The position numbers and the translations under genes were made by a program. A stretch of DNA of 64,000 nt, taken from positions 29,700,001 through 29,764,000 of the forward strand of contig NC_058368.1 in the NCBI RefSeq assembly GCF_018350175.1, written 5' to 3'. The notes beneath the pieces were generated by a model, which saw only the letters and a program-made list of their open reading frames with translations, was not told the DNA's origin and searched no databases. This DNA is from Felis catus (lineage: Eukaryota). How positions within the stretch are numbered: position 1 is the stretch's first letter; the number at the start of each line of letters is the position of its first letter. This document shows positions 22,653 through 34,557 of this stretch, piece after piece.

Positions 22653-23754
22653 TAGAGCACAGTGTGGCTGTTTAAGATGTAAGATGAATCAGGCATTTGC
22701 TTTTTTCAATTTTTGATTCTAGAATTATCCCATCCTGGCATTCTTGCCCTTTCTGCTATTAAACTGTGCATTTCTGATGGCAATGTCACAAGTGTATGGC
22801 CCTTCTTAACCCTGACATGCTGAGATGGATGTTTTTCTCTAGGGCTGAATCAGATAAGTCCATATGTCTATATCTTTTTCAATCTACTTATCTTTTTTTC
22901 CCTTTTCTCTGCTCCAAAAATAAATGTAGCCAGTGGCTGTACCTTCTGTTTCTTTCTAGAAAAAAAAAAGAGAAAGAAACAGATTCCCACGCTGGTTTTC
23001 AGTGGCCCATCTGACACTGTTTTATTTCTTAGCAGCTCTGTGTAAATTGCTTGTAGGCAATTCTCTTCTTAACCTCCAACTGGGGCTTTGTGCAGCTGAG
23101 GTGGTTATTATCTCAGCAAGTTAGTGACATCAATCCATCCCTTCCCTTGTGGGATCGTATATCTTTAATGAGAACACTCCTTGAGTGTCCACTTCTGAGC
23201 TGCTGGGGCAGGTGCAGTAGCCAAGGGTGAAACCTCTGCACAAGGAACATGTGAGTCAATGAGACTCTTCCCTGACACCTGTAACCTACACATTTCGTTT
23301 GATGGTTAGCCTTGAAAAATACCTTTGGCTCATGGAGATTTCTGGAAAGGACAATAATGAACACGATACCCATGCTAATAGACACATTCACCTTGAACAT
23401 GGGCTGGCTGCTTATTATTATGGTGTTCCCTTACGGTGAATCTTGCTTTGAATGGCTTACTGAACTCCCACCTACTCAGTCTATGCTGTCTTTTAGTGAC
23501 GTGAGCATTATCTTTGTTTATACTTATTTCTATTATATACGGTACACAAGTAGAAGGAACCTGAAACTAAAATACAAAGTTAGTTTCTCACCACTTCTCA
23601 GCAGGAGTAAACTCAAAAGGAAGGAGGTGGGAGTCAGGTACCTCTCTGTAAAGACATGCTCAGGATTAGTCAAAACCCTCACTCAGTCTGTTCTCCTGTG
23701 ATGCCTCTTACCAAGTGACTGCCGGAAGGTGCTTCTTGGGAGAATGATGGTATA

Positions 23755-24219
23755 TGTAGTGGATGTTATGTTTGGCTAATACCCATTCCCCTCCCTTTTA
23801 TTAGTCTCAGTCCATTGCAGTTACACCGCTCTCTGGCTAGTGACAGGTTCTGGAATGACAGGTGATGAAATAAGGCATGCAGTGATGTCTGCAGTTGGGG
23901 TAGAAGTGAGAGAATTCTGCGAGTCTCCCTTGTTTTATGGGAAAAAAAAGTTCTTTTTCTGCTTGGATTTGTCATGGCTGGTGAAAGTGCCTAGAAGCCC
24001 TGCTGTCATGTTGCCATGATCCTGAGGATGAAGCCAGTGCTGAGAAGAAGCAGCATAGAGGCTTGGAAGGACCTGGGACCTCAATGGCATTGCTGAGCTG
24101 CTAGACCAACAAACCCTGACACCCTGGCCTGTCAGTTTTGTGTGACAATTTCTTTACTGTCTAAGTCAGCTTCAGTCAGGATTTTTGTTTCCTGCAGCCA
24201 AAAGCATTCTAACAGATAC
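23755..24219 (+). mobile_element. Old MaLR LTR (MLT1J/K-like)
   Basis: tgtagtgg start; ending tcaggatttttgtttcctgcagccaaaagcattctaacagataca. Confidence 0.6.
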
Positions 24220-24640
24220 AGAGAGACAATATGGACAGTTTCCCAATATTTCAATGTTTGGGGTTTATTTAGTTTGCAGTGTTGTAAGTTCATGGAATAA
24301 AACAGATCCATATCCCCAAGTGTACAAACACATCGCAATGCTAACTATAAATTAAATGTAACTTTTAATCTTTACTCACATTTTAAAGTACCTACCCCAT
24401 CCATGACTTTCCTTCACTAACAGATAATCGCAAGCTGGCCATTTCACTTCCACTGAACTCTGCAGCTTTGGGTGTAGAGGAGTGACTGTGTGCAGCATCT
24501 CTCATCTAAGTCTGTTCCGTTTTAACTTGGCTGTGGTCTTATCCAGGCATGGCTCTAACAAGATAAGGATCACAGTAATCACAGTGTGTGTTTCAGCGAC
24601 ATTAATTTAGGGGAAGGATAAAGTTAATTTATAAAAGGAA

Positions 24641-24777
24641 ATTTAAAATTACATCCAAATTTTAAATTACATTTAAACTACTTACAGTTTAACTAATTTT
24701 AGTTAACAGTTTAACTACTGTTAAAAGTAACACTTTAACTACTTACATTTAAACTAATTACATTTAAAATTAAATGT
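24641..24777. repeat. AT-rich degenerate minisatellite
   Basis: Recurrent tttaaa(ct)a(c/a)ttaca-type units. Confidence 0.7.
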
Positions 24778-24838
24778 CAGTTATTTTCTGAATAGCTGGG
24801 TCATGTATATGGTACACATTCAAAGGCACAGAAGGGTT

Positions 24839-25084
24839 GGGGCTCCTGGGTGGCTCAGCTGGTTCAGCGTCCAACTCTTGATTTTGGCTAAGGTCATGAT
24901 CCCCGGGTCATGGGATTGAGTCTTGCATCGGGCTCTGAGCTGAGTGTGGAGCCTGACTGAGATTCTCTCTTTCTTTCTCTTTCTCTCTCTCTCTGCCCCC
25001 CTCCCTTGCTTGTGTGTGCTCTCTCTCTCTTCCTCTAAAATAAATAAATGTAAATGAAAAGCAAACCAAAACAAAACAAAAAAA
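24839..25084 (+). mobile_element. Can-SINE (older subfamily)
   Basis: TSD ca(a/g)aggcacagaagg at 24821-24835 and 25085-25099. Confidence 0.95.
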
Positions 25085-26535
25085 CAGAGGCACAGAAGGT
25101 ATACAGTGAAAGGAAAGTCTTCCCCTTACCCATGGCTTCAGCCACGTGGTTCTCCCTCTTAACAGGCAATCACTGTTACTGGTTATGAAAGAAAACTTAT
25201 CTCCCTAATCCAGTCAAGCCTGGGTTCAACTTAGGACAAGAGTCTGCTGATACATAAGAGATTCTAGAAAGTTGGCTGGAAAGTTGGCCGGAGCCCTAGA
25301 TCTAGACTTGCTAAGACTGTGCTCTGATCTTGACCTTGAGAGAACAACTGAGCCCCACACCTTGATTAGGATGTCCGGGCTTCTTTTATAAAATGGTGGC
25401 TAATAATGCCTGCCCTACCCTCCTCATGTGCTAAGTTAAACTTCAGATGAGGTATAACAATAGATGTTCTCTGGAAAGACGAAAATGCAACGGCGGCTGA
25501 ATGCAGACAAATGAGAGCAGTTTACTGCATTGGGACCCAAAAATGAGATAAAGATTTTCTTGTACCTATTTAGAATTCTGCTTAATGTTTCAATAATTCT
25601 TGCATGACTGAAATATAAAATAAAGCATATGGAGCCTGCTGTCAAGGGGTTCTAACTAGCTGGCTCTACTATTTTTGACTCCTTCTGAGGTGCAGGAAAC
25701 TTTAGGACTTGGGCAAGGTTTTTTGTTTGTTTGTTTGCTTTTGTTTTTGCTTTTTATCCATTCAAGGCCCTAAGTACTTTTGTTGGCACCTCAGTGCTGG
25801 GGTAAAAGATGGAAACATAGGACCCGGTTTGTGTAGTTTCTGGGAGTGCTGTGTCCTGAAACAGCGTGGTGGTGGTGGTGGTGTTTCATCCTGATGGGGA
25901 AAGAAAGCCCCCGCATTTGGTTTCCAGGTCCTAAGACTTCGCAGTACCTTCCTGGGGGTATATATAGTACATGTACATGTGCCTGGCGGTGGGGTAGGGT
26001 CCGGGAACAAGTACCACTGGGGACAGGGTGGTGGCATCTGGATTCCTTATGCTGACCCCAAATTCTTCCAGACTAAATGAGCTATCATTGGAGAGGAATG
26101 ACAACCCAGCCTCTGTTCTTAGGGCTTCATTTGGTCCCATAAATGAGGGTTGACTGGGAGGGAAAAAGCCAGCATTGTGAGGGACCAACGGCAGGCTGTT
26201 GCAGGAAGCCCACAACTGGAATGTGGATCCTGTCCCAGAGGTGTTGTATTTACTCTGGCAGGCTTGTTGGTAAATCCGTGCTAAGCCCCAGCTGGGACAC
26301 CGGCAGCTATGAAAGGGCGCTTCACCTTCTGCACAGTGCTTTTCATTGGCCTCTGGGCATTTGCGGTCTATCTGTTTAGATTTTGAGCCCGGCAGAGACA
26401 CTGTCCCTTTGTGCAAGGCTGCCGTGGAGGACAGACGCTCAGATTCTTTCTAATTCAATTTAATTTTTTTCTGGAAACCAAGCCTCTCTGAATTAGGAGT
26501 CAAGCTATTGCCCTAGGATTGGGCCAAGATTTGTG

Positions 26536-26549
26536 GTCGCCATGGTAAC
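26536..26549. promoter_or_regulatory. RFX X-box-like motif
   Basis: gtcgccatggtaac vs consensus GTTGCCATGGCAAC (12/14), in a locally CpG-richer stretch; binding not shown. Confidence 0.4.
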
Positions 26550-26919
26550 GGCACCTTCTGTACCTAAGAACGATTCCTTTCTCTCAGAAGTAATGCAGCG
26601 TCTGCGAGCCTCGCCCCCCACCCCCAGCCCAGGTCTCTGGGGGAGGTCCGTGTGCACAAGCGGTCATCTCTGGGAGGGCGCCATTGCCCATGTTGACGGT
26701 GTCGTTCCTGTCGCTGTCCACCCTCCTCTCCCCAGGTCCAACCTCAACAGGGTATTTGTGAATTTGGTCAAATTGGGTTCTGACCATTTTCTCCCCGCCT
26801 ATACATCTCTCCTTCTCCAGTTCAAGGAAAGTCAGCAAACTTTTACTGAAGCAGCAGTGATTATGTGTGAGACTCCAGATTAAAGTTTTTGAGTTTGGCA
26901 GCTTCAACATTTCCTAAGT

Positions 26920-27085
26920 AAATGTCCTCAGGTAAGGTTCCGAGTCCCTCAGTTTTCTCATCTATAAAATGGGGCTAATAATAGCACTTTCCTGGCGGGG
27001 TTTCAGGGAGGATTAAGTTGGGATTATGTGTGCAAAGTGGTCGGCACAGAGCCTGCCATGTGGTAAGCACTCCCAAATAAGCTAT
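26920..27085 (+). mobile_element. MIR SINE
   Basis: cctcagttttctcatctataaaatggggctaataatagcac...ggcacagagcctgccatgtggtaagcactc. Confidence 0.8.
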
Positions 27086-28129
27086 GAGTTACTCTGACGG
27101 TGTGTTAGAAGCCGCCCGGCTCTCGCAGGGTGAGACGGTACCAAAGGCGGCTGGCAGGAACAGACGCCTGCAGCGCTCCCTCCCCTCAGGCAGGCACACC
27201 CAGGTCCTTCCACACCCAGCCTGGTTCCTAACCTGCTTCTGGTTACAGGGTATGCTGTTGCTCTCAGTCTGCTCTTGGAATCCACACTCAACATGCATCC
27301 ATCCTGGCTTGCTCTGACCTTGGTAACTGCTGCTCTTTCCAGAACCGACCTTACATCTGGTTTTTTTCTGCCTCAGATGCATTGTTGGCAGGATCTGGTC
27401 TCCAGAGCTGAGTCTCTATTGCTCATGCTGTTGGACTTGCCTATAAATAAGGTTGTTGTTCTAGGCTTACGTGGCCTGCTCGGAAAACCTCTCCAGACAA
27501 GTCCTGCCGACTGACTCTCTTCTGTCACACTACCATTACCAGTGGGCAAGATGTAGAAGCTCGTGCCAGTGTGTCTCCTGTCTCAGCAGAGAGCTACACG
27601 CGTCAGGAATCCCCCATCCTTTCCTACCTTGCAACTGAGTGCACCGCGGCACAAGGCAAACCCCTCCCCGCACCCTGGACCTGGCCCCTCCTTGCCTGTT
27701 GGAATTTCCCATGAGTTTGGGAGTGCTTACAGAAATCTTACAGAACTTCTGTTCTTTCCCATCCAAAAGGCCGTCTTTGATCCCAATCTCAAGGCTGAGA
27801 ACCAGGTCTCATCTGACTGACACTTAATAGAGCAGGTGGATAGATGAACCAATCATAATAGCAAAAACAAAGTCCCCTGTCGAGCCCCAAAGTTCATTTA
27901 AATAGTGGCGTAATAAGTGCTTGAGATATGGCTAGTCTGAACTGAGAAGTGCTGTAGCCAGAAAATACACATTGTATCTTGAAGACAGTACAAAAAGTAA
28001 AGCTCTAATTAATATTTTTATATTAATTGCATGTCAAAATGATAATATTTTGGATATACTGGGTTAAAGAAATGTATTCTTTATTAATTTCACCTGTTTA
28101 TTTTTATTTTTTTTACACATGGCTACTAA

Positions 28130-28322
28130 GGGGCGCTTGGGTGGCTCAGTCAATTAAGCATCCAACTCTCAATATCGGCTCAGGTCGTGATCTTGCAGTT
28201 GTGGAATCGAGCTCTGTATTGGGCTCCACTCTCAGCTTGGGATTCTCTCTCTCTCTCTCTCTCCCTCCCTCTGTGCCTTTCCCAGTAGTGTTCTCTCTCT
28301 CTCTCAAAATAAATAAACATTT
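28130..28322 (+). mobile_element. Can-SINE (older)
   Basis: ggggcgcttgggtggctcagtcaattaagc; atggctact at 28119-28127 recurs at 28330-28338. Confidence 0.94.
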
Positions 28323-28338
28323 AAAAAATATGGCTACT

Positions 28339-28557
28339 GGGGCACCTGGGTGGCGCAGTCGGTTAAGCGTCCGACTTCAGCCAGGTCACGATCTCGCGGT
28401 CCGTGAGTTCGAGCCCCGCGTCGGGCTCTGGGCTGATGGCTCAGAGCCTGGAGCCTGTTTCCGATTCTGTGTCTCCCTCTCTCTCTGCCCCTCCCCCGTT
28501 CATGCTCTGTCTCTCTCTGTCCCAAAAATAAATAAACGTTGGAAAAAAAAAATTAAA
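28339..28557 (+). mobile_element. Young felid SINEC_Fc-type SINE
   Basis: CpG-rich near-consensus body (ggcgcagtcggttaagcgtccgacttcagccaggtcacgatctcgcggtccgtgagttcgagccccgcgtcggg); perfect 16-bp TSD aaaaaatatggctact at 28323-28338 and 28558-28573. Confidence 0.97.
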
Positions 28558-28659
28558 AAAAAATATGGCTACTAAAAATGTAAATTACACACATGGCTCA
28601 CATGTGTGACTTACATTATTTTCCTACTGGACAGTGTTGCTCTAGATTTTAATCTTTCT

Positions 28660-29110
28660 GCAATAAGTTAGGGATCAAGGAAAATATATATTACCCTAGG
28701 AATTTTAATCAGAGAGGGATTTAACACAGAGAATTAGGTGCTTATAAAACTAAGACTGGAGGAATGAAAATTAGCAGCAGGAGTGGTGTGAGGGGTGGGT
28801 CTCCTTAACTTTGAGGTTCACTGCTGACTTTCAGAGTATCAGGAAGTACTGTTCAGAGCAGAGGTCAAAAAGTAGTAAAATGCTTCTAATGGTCCCAGCT
28901 GGCCCACAACACCCAGTGGGTGGTTGGCAAAAGTTTTGCTGGGTTCTGCAAAACCCTACATATAATAAAACCCATGTGTTCACCAATGATGCTGGAAGAA
29001 GAAGAATAGGTTCCCCTACCTCTCTCTGCCTTCCAAATTTCATGCAAACACATCTTGTTGGCAGAATGCAGATCATGGTCAGGATCTTGGATGTCCCACA
29101 TTTCCCAGTC
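28660..29110. mobile_element. Probable old ERVL-class LTR
   Basis: ctaggaattttaatcagagagggatttaa...ctctctgccttccaaatttcatgcaa...ttggcagaat resembles old LTR families; subfamily unknown. Confidence 0.4.
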
Positions 29111-29295
29111 TTGTAGCCTCATGATATAGAGGAAAGCCAAGAAGGGGTGTATACTAATTGCTGAAAATAAACAGACAAAACCAAACCAAACCAAAATAAC
29201 CTCAATATTCAGCATACTCCTCAAGGACTCATATTCATCTTGGAGTCTAGCTCAGTGCCTGGCACATAAAAAGTGTTCACGAATACTGAAAAACC

Positions 29296-29296
<1 letters not shown>

Positions 29297-29342
<46 letters not shown>
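29297..29342. repeat. (GT)23 microsatellite
   Basis: Direct read. Confidence 0.97.
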
Positions 29343-29344
<2 letters not shown>

Positions 29345-29522
29345 TTATGCTGGTTCCAATATTTTGCTATTGCAGATAATGCTGCCATGGGCATTTTCAT
29401 GTATGATTTTTCTTGTTTTTATTGAGATGTTTTCTAGAGTAGACCTTCAGGAGTGGGATTGCTGAACATTATTGTTTAGTTTTGTCATGTTACTTTCCAA
29501 AAGTTTTGTACCAATCTATAGT

Positions 29523-29568
29523 CATATATATATATATGCATATATATATATGCATATATATATATATG
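29523..29568. repeat. Perfect 46-bp palindrome of ca(ta)n tg units
   Basis: catatatatatatatg catatatatatatg catatatatatatatg; lies in a degenerate minus-strand L1 remnant (~29345-29650). Confidence 0.92.
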
Positions 29569-30119
29569 CAAAAATTCTATATGAAGGATGGCTTTTGTGG
29601 CAATGTCACAACCTTGCACATTATCATTGTTTGCTTATATTTGTTCTAATTTCGTGTGCAGAAGGTAAGCCCAGTTTTCTTTGGGTTGGGTACTGGGGAG
29701 ACAGGGAGCAAAAGCGCTGATGGACTCAGCTGCAGAGGTCACAGTTTCTCTCATGACTGAAGGCCTCCAGCTGCCAAGCACTTTTGTCCAGAGTCAGCCC
29801 TCCTCACTGTGGAATGTGTTCTGCCTTAAGATTAATGAGAAAGAGTGGCACACTCTGGAAGTCTCCTCTGCCCCCAGTGAGAGTTAAGGATAATTACATA
29901 GGTATTTGACAGTTGTCTCAGAGAAGGAAATATCAAATGGTAATAGCTAAATGAACCTTTTCTTCCCTTCCCTGAATCTTGCTGTTTCATGATGGGACCC
30001 ATGCGATGATGGCTTATGTGTTTATGAATTATATTCTAACAAATACATTCCTTATTTCTCTGTAAAGAGAAGATGATCTAAGTGATGTGAAGATAATGCA
30101 GAATCATTCCAGAGAAAAT

Positions 30120-30265
30120 TTTGAGTTTCCTTACCTGTAAAAGGGGAAGAATAACCAGATACCTTATAGGATTGCTGTAAGGATCAACTGATTTAATAGC
30201 CAAAAGCTGCTTCTCAGTGTGCCTGGCACGTAGTAAGTACTGGGTAAATGGTGGCTGTTGTTAGG
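30120..30265 (+). mobile_element. MIR SINE
   Basis: agtttccttacctgtaaaaggggaagaataa...ataggattgctgtaaggat...gtgcctggcacgtagtaagtact. Confidence 0.8.
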
Positions 30266-30499
30266 ACCGGTGAGTCTATGCGTGTCCCTCAGCTCGAGCC
30301 CTGATTCTGTTGGCCACTGGTACCCTGAGCTGCATTTTGTTTTATGATCAGTAGCCAGGAGAAGAGGCTGTTGGCACTTAGCCAGGAAATCCAATTGTCT
30401 GTAAAAGGCCTGTGGCCATTCTGGGGTTTATGAACAGGAAGATGTGTGCAAGGTGCCTATAATTACAATGTGTTGAGTCGAAGAACGGCTAAGCTGGCC

Positions 30500-30635
30500 A
30501 GGGTCTTAGACCTCATTTAATGATATTGTTTTATAGATGAAGAAACAGAGGCCCAAGAAAATGAAGATTTTTCCAAGATTTTCCAGCAAGCTAATGGCAT
30601 ACAGAGTAGAGACCGAGTCTTCAGAGTCCCAGACC
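30500..30635 (-). mobile_element. MIR SINE
   Basis: ttttatagatgaagaaacagaggcccaaga...ccaagattttccagcaagc. Confidence 0.7.
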
Positions 30636-31240
30636 ATATCTTGTCTGTTGTACAAGGGCACCACACCCAACAGCTGGCCAGTGGATGAGCATGTGCTGAG
30701 TGGTGGTGGAGGAACACACTGTCTCTGAGATGGCCCCTTCCTTAGGCCAAAGGGAAGAGATGCTGTTCTGCTATAGATCTGGTTTCCCCAGAGCAGGGAT
30801 TCCGGTCTTTTTGAGAATGAGCAATACATTCTAACATCAATAATGTTTATAGGTGTTCCTCCTTTCCAGCGTGATACAGAAGCTGTAGCCTCAATATCCA
30901 ATGTTAGAGAAAATGTACCATCATATTGGCTACTGTAAACATGGCAGCACTTTACAATGTGGATGTGCATACATTTGAAAAGTAGGTGGACTTGTATTAT
31001 TTATTCAGATGCCACATGATTGGATGGCATTTAGATTCATGATCACCTTGCAACAACTCCACCACCTCTCTAGATGACGTTCACATCCATTGCCACGGAA
31101 GGCTGCTGTTTTCCTTTATTTTCTGAGAGTTCCAAAAGGAGATACTAATGGAGGAGTAATGTGGCAAGAATAAAGAGGAGCAGCAGGCTAAAACATTCCG
31201 ACTAAGCTCTCAGCTACAAGGAGTGAGGCTTGAGTAGAAA

Positions 31241-31241
<1 letters not shown>

Positions 31242-31284
<43 letters not shown>
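31242..31284. repeat. (AC)21 microsatellite
   Basis: Direct read. Confidence 0.97.
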
Positions 31285-31285
<1 letters not shown>

Positions 31286-32060
31286 CTCTTTCTTGTTCTT
31301 CCACATAAATGCAATGGTAAACTGATACCCAACTGAGAATGTTGGCCCCAATAGTCTGAAAGCCAAAGTATTTGAGGGCAGTTATAGTTCATTAACTGCG
31401 GTGAAAAACACAGTGTGACAGTCAAAGCTAGAGCTTGGGCAGCCAGACCTGTATGTTTTCTGATATTAGACAATATGCATATGACAGAAATAGATTCAAG
31501 CTGCAGAATCCTGACTCCATTTTGCCTATCCCAAGGCACAGCTGGGAAATGTGGAAAGGGAGAGGTGATTCTTGAAGGTGGCTCCTCTGCAGGGCATAGA
31601 CCTCTGCCTCTTTGGAGCAGTTTTGGGGCTGGCGTGGTCAGGGAAAAGGACAGCAATGGAGTGGGAGCTCCCCACGGCTGGTTCCTCCTGGGGCCTCCAC
31701 ATACCAGCCTCTTGGGAGGGATTGGGGGAGGGGGAGGGGGAGGGGCTTCTGGTCGTGGCAGCATGAGAGGCCGATGAGTCCCCCATAAAACAAGCATAAC
31801 ACTGGGGAAAAAGGTGTCAAGAACAAACATTTCAAAGCACTGTAAATTGGCCAAAGGCAGACAACAAATTGGGAAGCTTTTATTCTTGAAAGACTGCTGG
31901 AGCTTCAGGTGAGAACGGCAGGCATCTGTGGCTGCCTTGCCTGGAGCTGCTTCCATGCTCTGCCGCCAGCTCAATTGGCCAGAACTGTGGCTTTAAACGT
32001 GTGGGGTTGGCCATGGAGATGAGCAACTTCGCTGCCAAAAAGGCAGACTCAATTTGCTGC

Positions 32061-32082
32061 GTGTGTGTGTGTGTGTGTGTGT
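32061..32082. repeat. (GT)11 microsatellite
   Basis: Direct read. Confidence 0.9.
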
Positions 32083-32544
32083 AAACCTGTGGCTTTGCTG
32101 GCTGAACCTGAAGGACTCAATTGGCAACAAACAAGGATAACCCATGACTTTGCTAGCCCAAGATTTTGTTCTTAGTTGGAGTGAGCCCTAAACCCAATGG
32201 GGAATTCCTGAAAATGTAAGAGCACTACAGAGAGGCTGGGAGAAGCTCTCCACATATTCCTGCCATCTGGGGAAACTGTGCATGCAGGGAGCAGACCCAA
32301 GAGAGCCCCATGGAAACTGCAAACCAAGGAGAATTGAGATCTGGCTGCAACTTTCAATGTGTTTTTTCAACCCCCATAGTGATCTATCTGTAGAGAGATG
32401 CAGACCTGGCCAGTAACTCCTGGCCCAGCGTTGGTCCCGCTGGCCCATGTGTCCGAGACCCTGGAGAGTCTCGAGTGCATGAAGTGATACTGGCTGTCAT
32501 TTTGCTGCCTGTTTCTTTGGGTGCCTTCCCAGTGGTGCTGCTGA

Positions 32545-32840
32545 GGCATGGTAGAGAGAGCTCAGGGTTGGGTCAGACAGACTGGGGTTTTAATCCCAGC
32601 TCTGTCTCTGACTACCTGTGTGAATTTGGGTGAGTTGTACACCATCATTGGATCTTATTCAATCCTTATAAAAGTCTGGGGAAGTAGGCATTATTACTGT
32701 CCCTATGTTTTAGGATGCTATGGTATAGAGAGCTTTATAATCTATAAAATGGGTTCTTGGGTTTTTTGCGGGGAGGTGTGAGGATTATATACCATAATGG
32801 TTATAATGTATCTATCACATGGTAGTTGTTCAATAAACAC
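32545..32840 (+). mobile_element. MIR SINE(s)
   Basis: gtcagacagactggggttttaatcccagctctgtctctgactacctgtgtgaatttgggtgagtt. Confidence 0.7.
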
Positions 32841-32999
32841 TTTCTGTTTGTGTTTGTTGTTATTGTTATGGCTGAAGATGGAAAAGAACAATAATGGCCA
32901 GGTCACTAAGCCCAGAGAACTTATCCATCCAGACAGTCACCAAGAAAATCAAAAGATGCTGGTATTAAGTTGTGGTAGATGAGACATCTGGATGGCTTC

Positions 33000-33814
33000 T
33001 GTATTGGTTTTTATTTATTTATTTTAATTTATTGCCACACATTTTGTGGCTTAAAACAACACAAATGTATTATTACACAGTTCTGTGTGTCAGAATTCTG
33101 GGTACAGGGAGGCTCACCTGGCTCTTCCCTTTGTTTAGAGCCTCATAAGCTGGAACAAGGGGTCAGTGAGTCTGAGTTCCTTTCTGGAAGCTCTGGATAT
33201 GAACCCACTTCTAGGCGTGTTCAGGTTGTTGGCTAAATTAAGTCCCTTATAATAGCAGGACTGGGGTCCTTGTGTGCTTGCTGGCTGTCAGCCAGAGGCT
33301 TATCTGTGCTAGAGATCCTGCTAGAGGTTGCTCTAACTTTTCCTCGTATTTTTTTTTTAACTAAGACACTAACATTTTTTTTAATGTTTATTTTTGAGAG
33401 AGAGAGAGCACAAGATGGAGAGGGGAAGAGAGAGAAGGAGACACAGAATCCAAAGCAGTCTCCAGGCTCTGAGCTGTCAGCCCAGAACCCAATGCAGGGC
33501 GTGAACCCATGAACCACGAGATCATGACCTGAGCTGAAGTCGGATGCTTAACCGACTGAGCCACCCACCCCTCCTGGTATTTTCCATGTGACTCCCCTCC
33601 AGTGACAGGGACGGAGTCCCTCTCATGCTTAGAATGCCTCTCACTCTTACTGCACCCCTCTGACTCATGTGATTACATTAGGCTTGCTTGGATAAGCCAG
33701 GCTAATCTCTGTATTTACAGTCCATAACCTTAATTACATCTGCAAAGTCCCCCATTCATGGACTCTGGGGATTAGGGCACAGACATCACTGGAGGAGGTG
33801 CGTTCTGCCCACTA
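33000..33814 (-). mobile_element. MaLR solo LTR (MLT1E-like) split by a SINE
   Basis: gtggcttaaaacaacacaaatgtattatt...ttcaggttgttggc...gctggctgtcagccagaggc...gactcatgtgattacatt...ccttaattacatctgcaaagtccc. Confidence 0.8.
33353..33570 (-). mobile_element. Can-SINE inside MLT1
   Basis: gagatcatgacctgagctgaagtcggatgcttaaccgactgagccaccca; TSD tcct(c/g)gtatttt. Confidence 0.94.
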
Positions 33815-33864
33815 TGGCCTCTGAGGGGAGAACAGGCAAACTCTCGGGAGAGGAAGCCACATTT

Positions 33865-34064
33865 TTTAAAGTTTATTTATTTGTTTTTGAGAGAGAGAGA
33901 GAGTGAGCAGGGGAGGGACAGAGAGAGGGAGATAGAGAATCCCAAGCAGGCTTCATGCTGTCAGCAGAGAGCTCAAGGCAGGGCTTGAAGTCACAAACCG
34001 TGAGATCATGACCTGAGCCGAAATCAAGAGGCAGATGCTTAACCAACTGAGCCACCCAGGCACC
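33865..34064 (-). mobile_element. Can-SINE
   Basis: Perfect TSD aggaagccacattt at 33851-33864 and 34065-34078. Confidence 0.96.
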
Positions 34065-34148
34065 AGGAAGCCACATTTATATGAAACCAGGAACAACCAG
34101 CTGTTAGAGAATGTGACCATAATAGAGATTGGGTTAGCGAGGCTGCCT

Positions 34149-34557
34149 CTAGTGGACATCTGCTTTTGTCTACCCAACATTCCTTTCTTTGGGGGAAATG
34201 TCCCTAGATCATTCTCTGTGGTTTTTATGAGGCTGCCAGTCACAAAGTTCTACCCACTTGGCCATGGGGATAGACCCATGACCCCAAAATGGGCCAAAGA
34301 GATCATTTCTTTCTCAGCTATTGACTCTTTGGTGGAGACACACAGGCCTTGGGAGTGACTGGTGTTGGGTCATGGAGTGCCAATATCCTAGAGCCCATCA
34401 TAGCAGACCTCATTCAGTCCTTCCTGGGGCCTGGTTGTTCAGCAACAACTTTACCACTGGGCCCTACTTAGAAACCTTCCAATATATCCCTTCTCTGGTT
34501 TGAGTTATTCAGAGTTGGTTTCTGTTGCCTACACCAAAGAATATTAACTGATAACAC
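34149..34557 (+). mobile_element. Old MaLR LTR (MLT1K/L-like)
   Basis: Ending cagagttggtttctgttgcctacaccaaagaatattaactgataaca. Confidence 0.6.

Larger units (their letters stand above)
27900..28645. mobile_element. MER33-like hAT MITE split by two SINEs
   Basis: gatatggctagtctgaactgagaagtgctgta...aaatgataatattttggatatactgggttaa...[SINEs]...tactggacagtgttgctctaga. Confidence 0.75.

Noticed and set aside
28339..28420. tRNA-like A/B-box heads here and in other SINEs
   Set aside because: They continue into SINE body, CT tract and A-tail with TSDs, so they are Can-SINEs, not tRNA genes.
28027..28575. 182-aa ORF
   Set aside because: Made entirely of MITE and two Can-SINE sequences.
31210..31974. 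Longest ORF (254 aa, minus strand)
   Set aside because: Reads through a (GT)n microsatellite (CVCVCV) and a C-run (poly-Pro), with no recognisable domain; a chance ORF.
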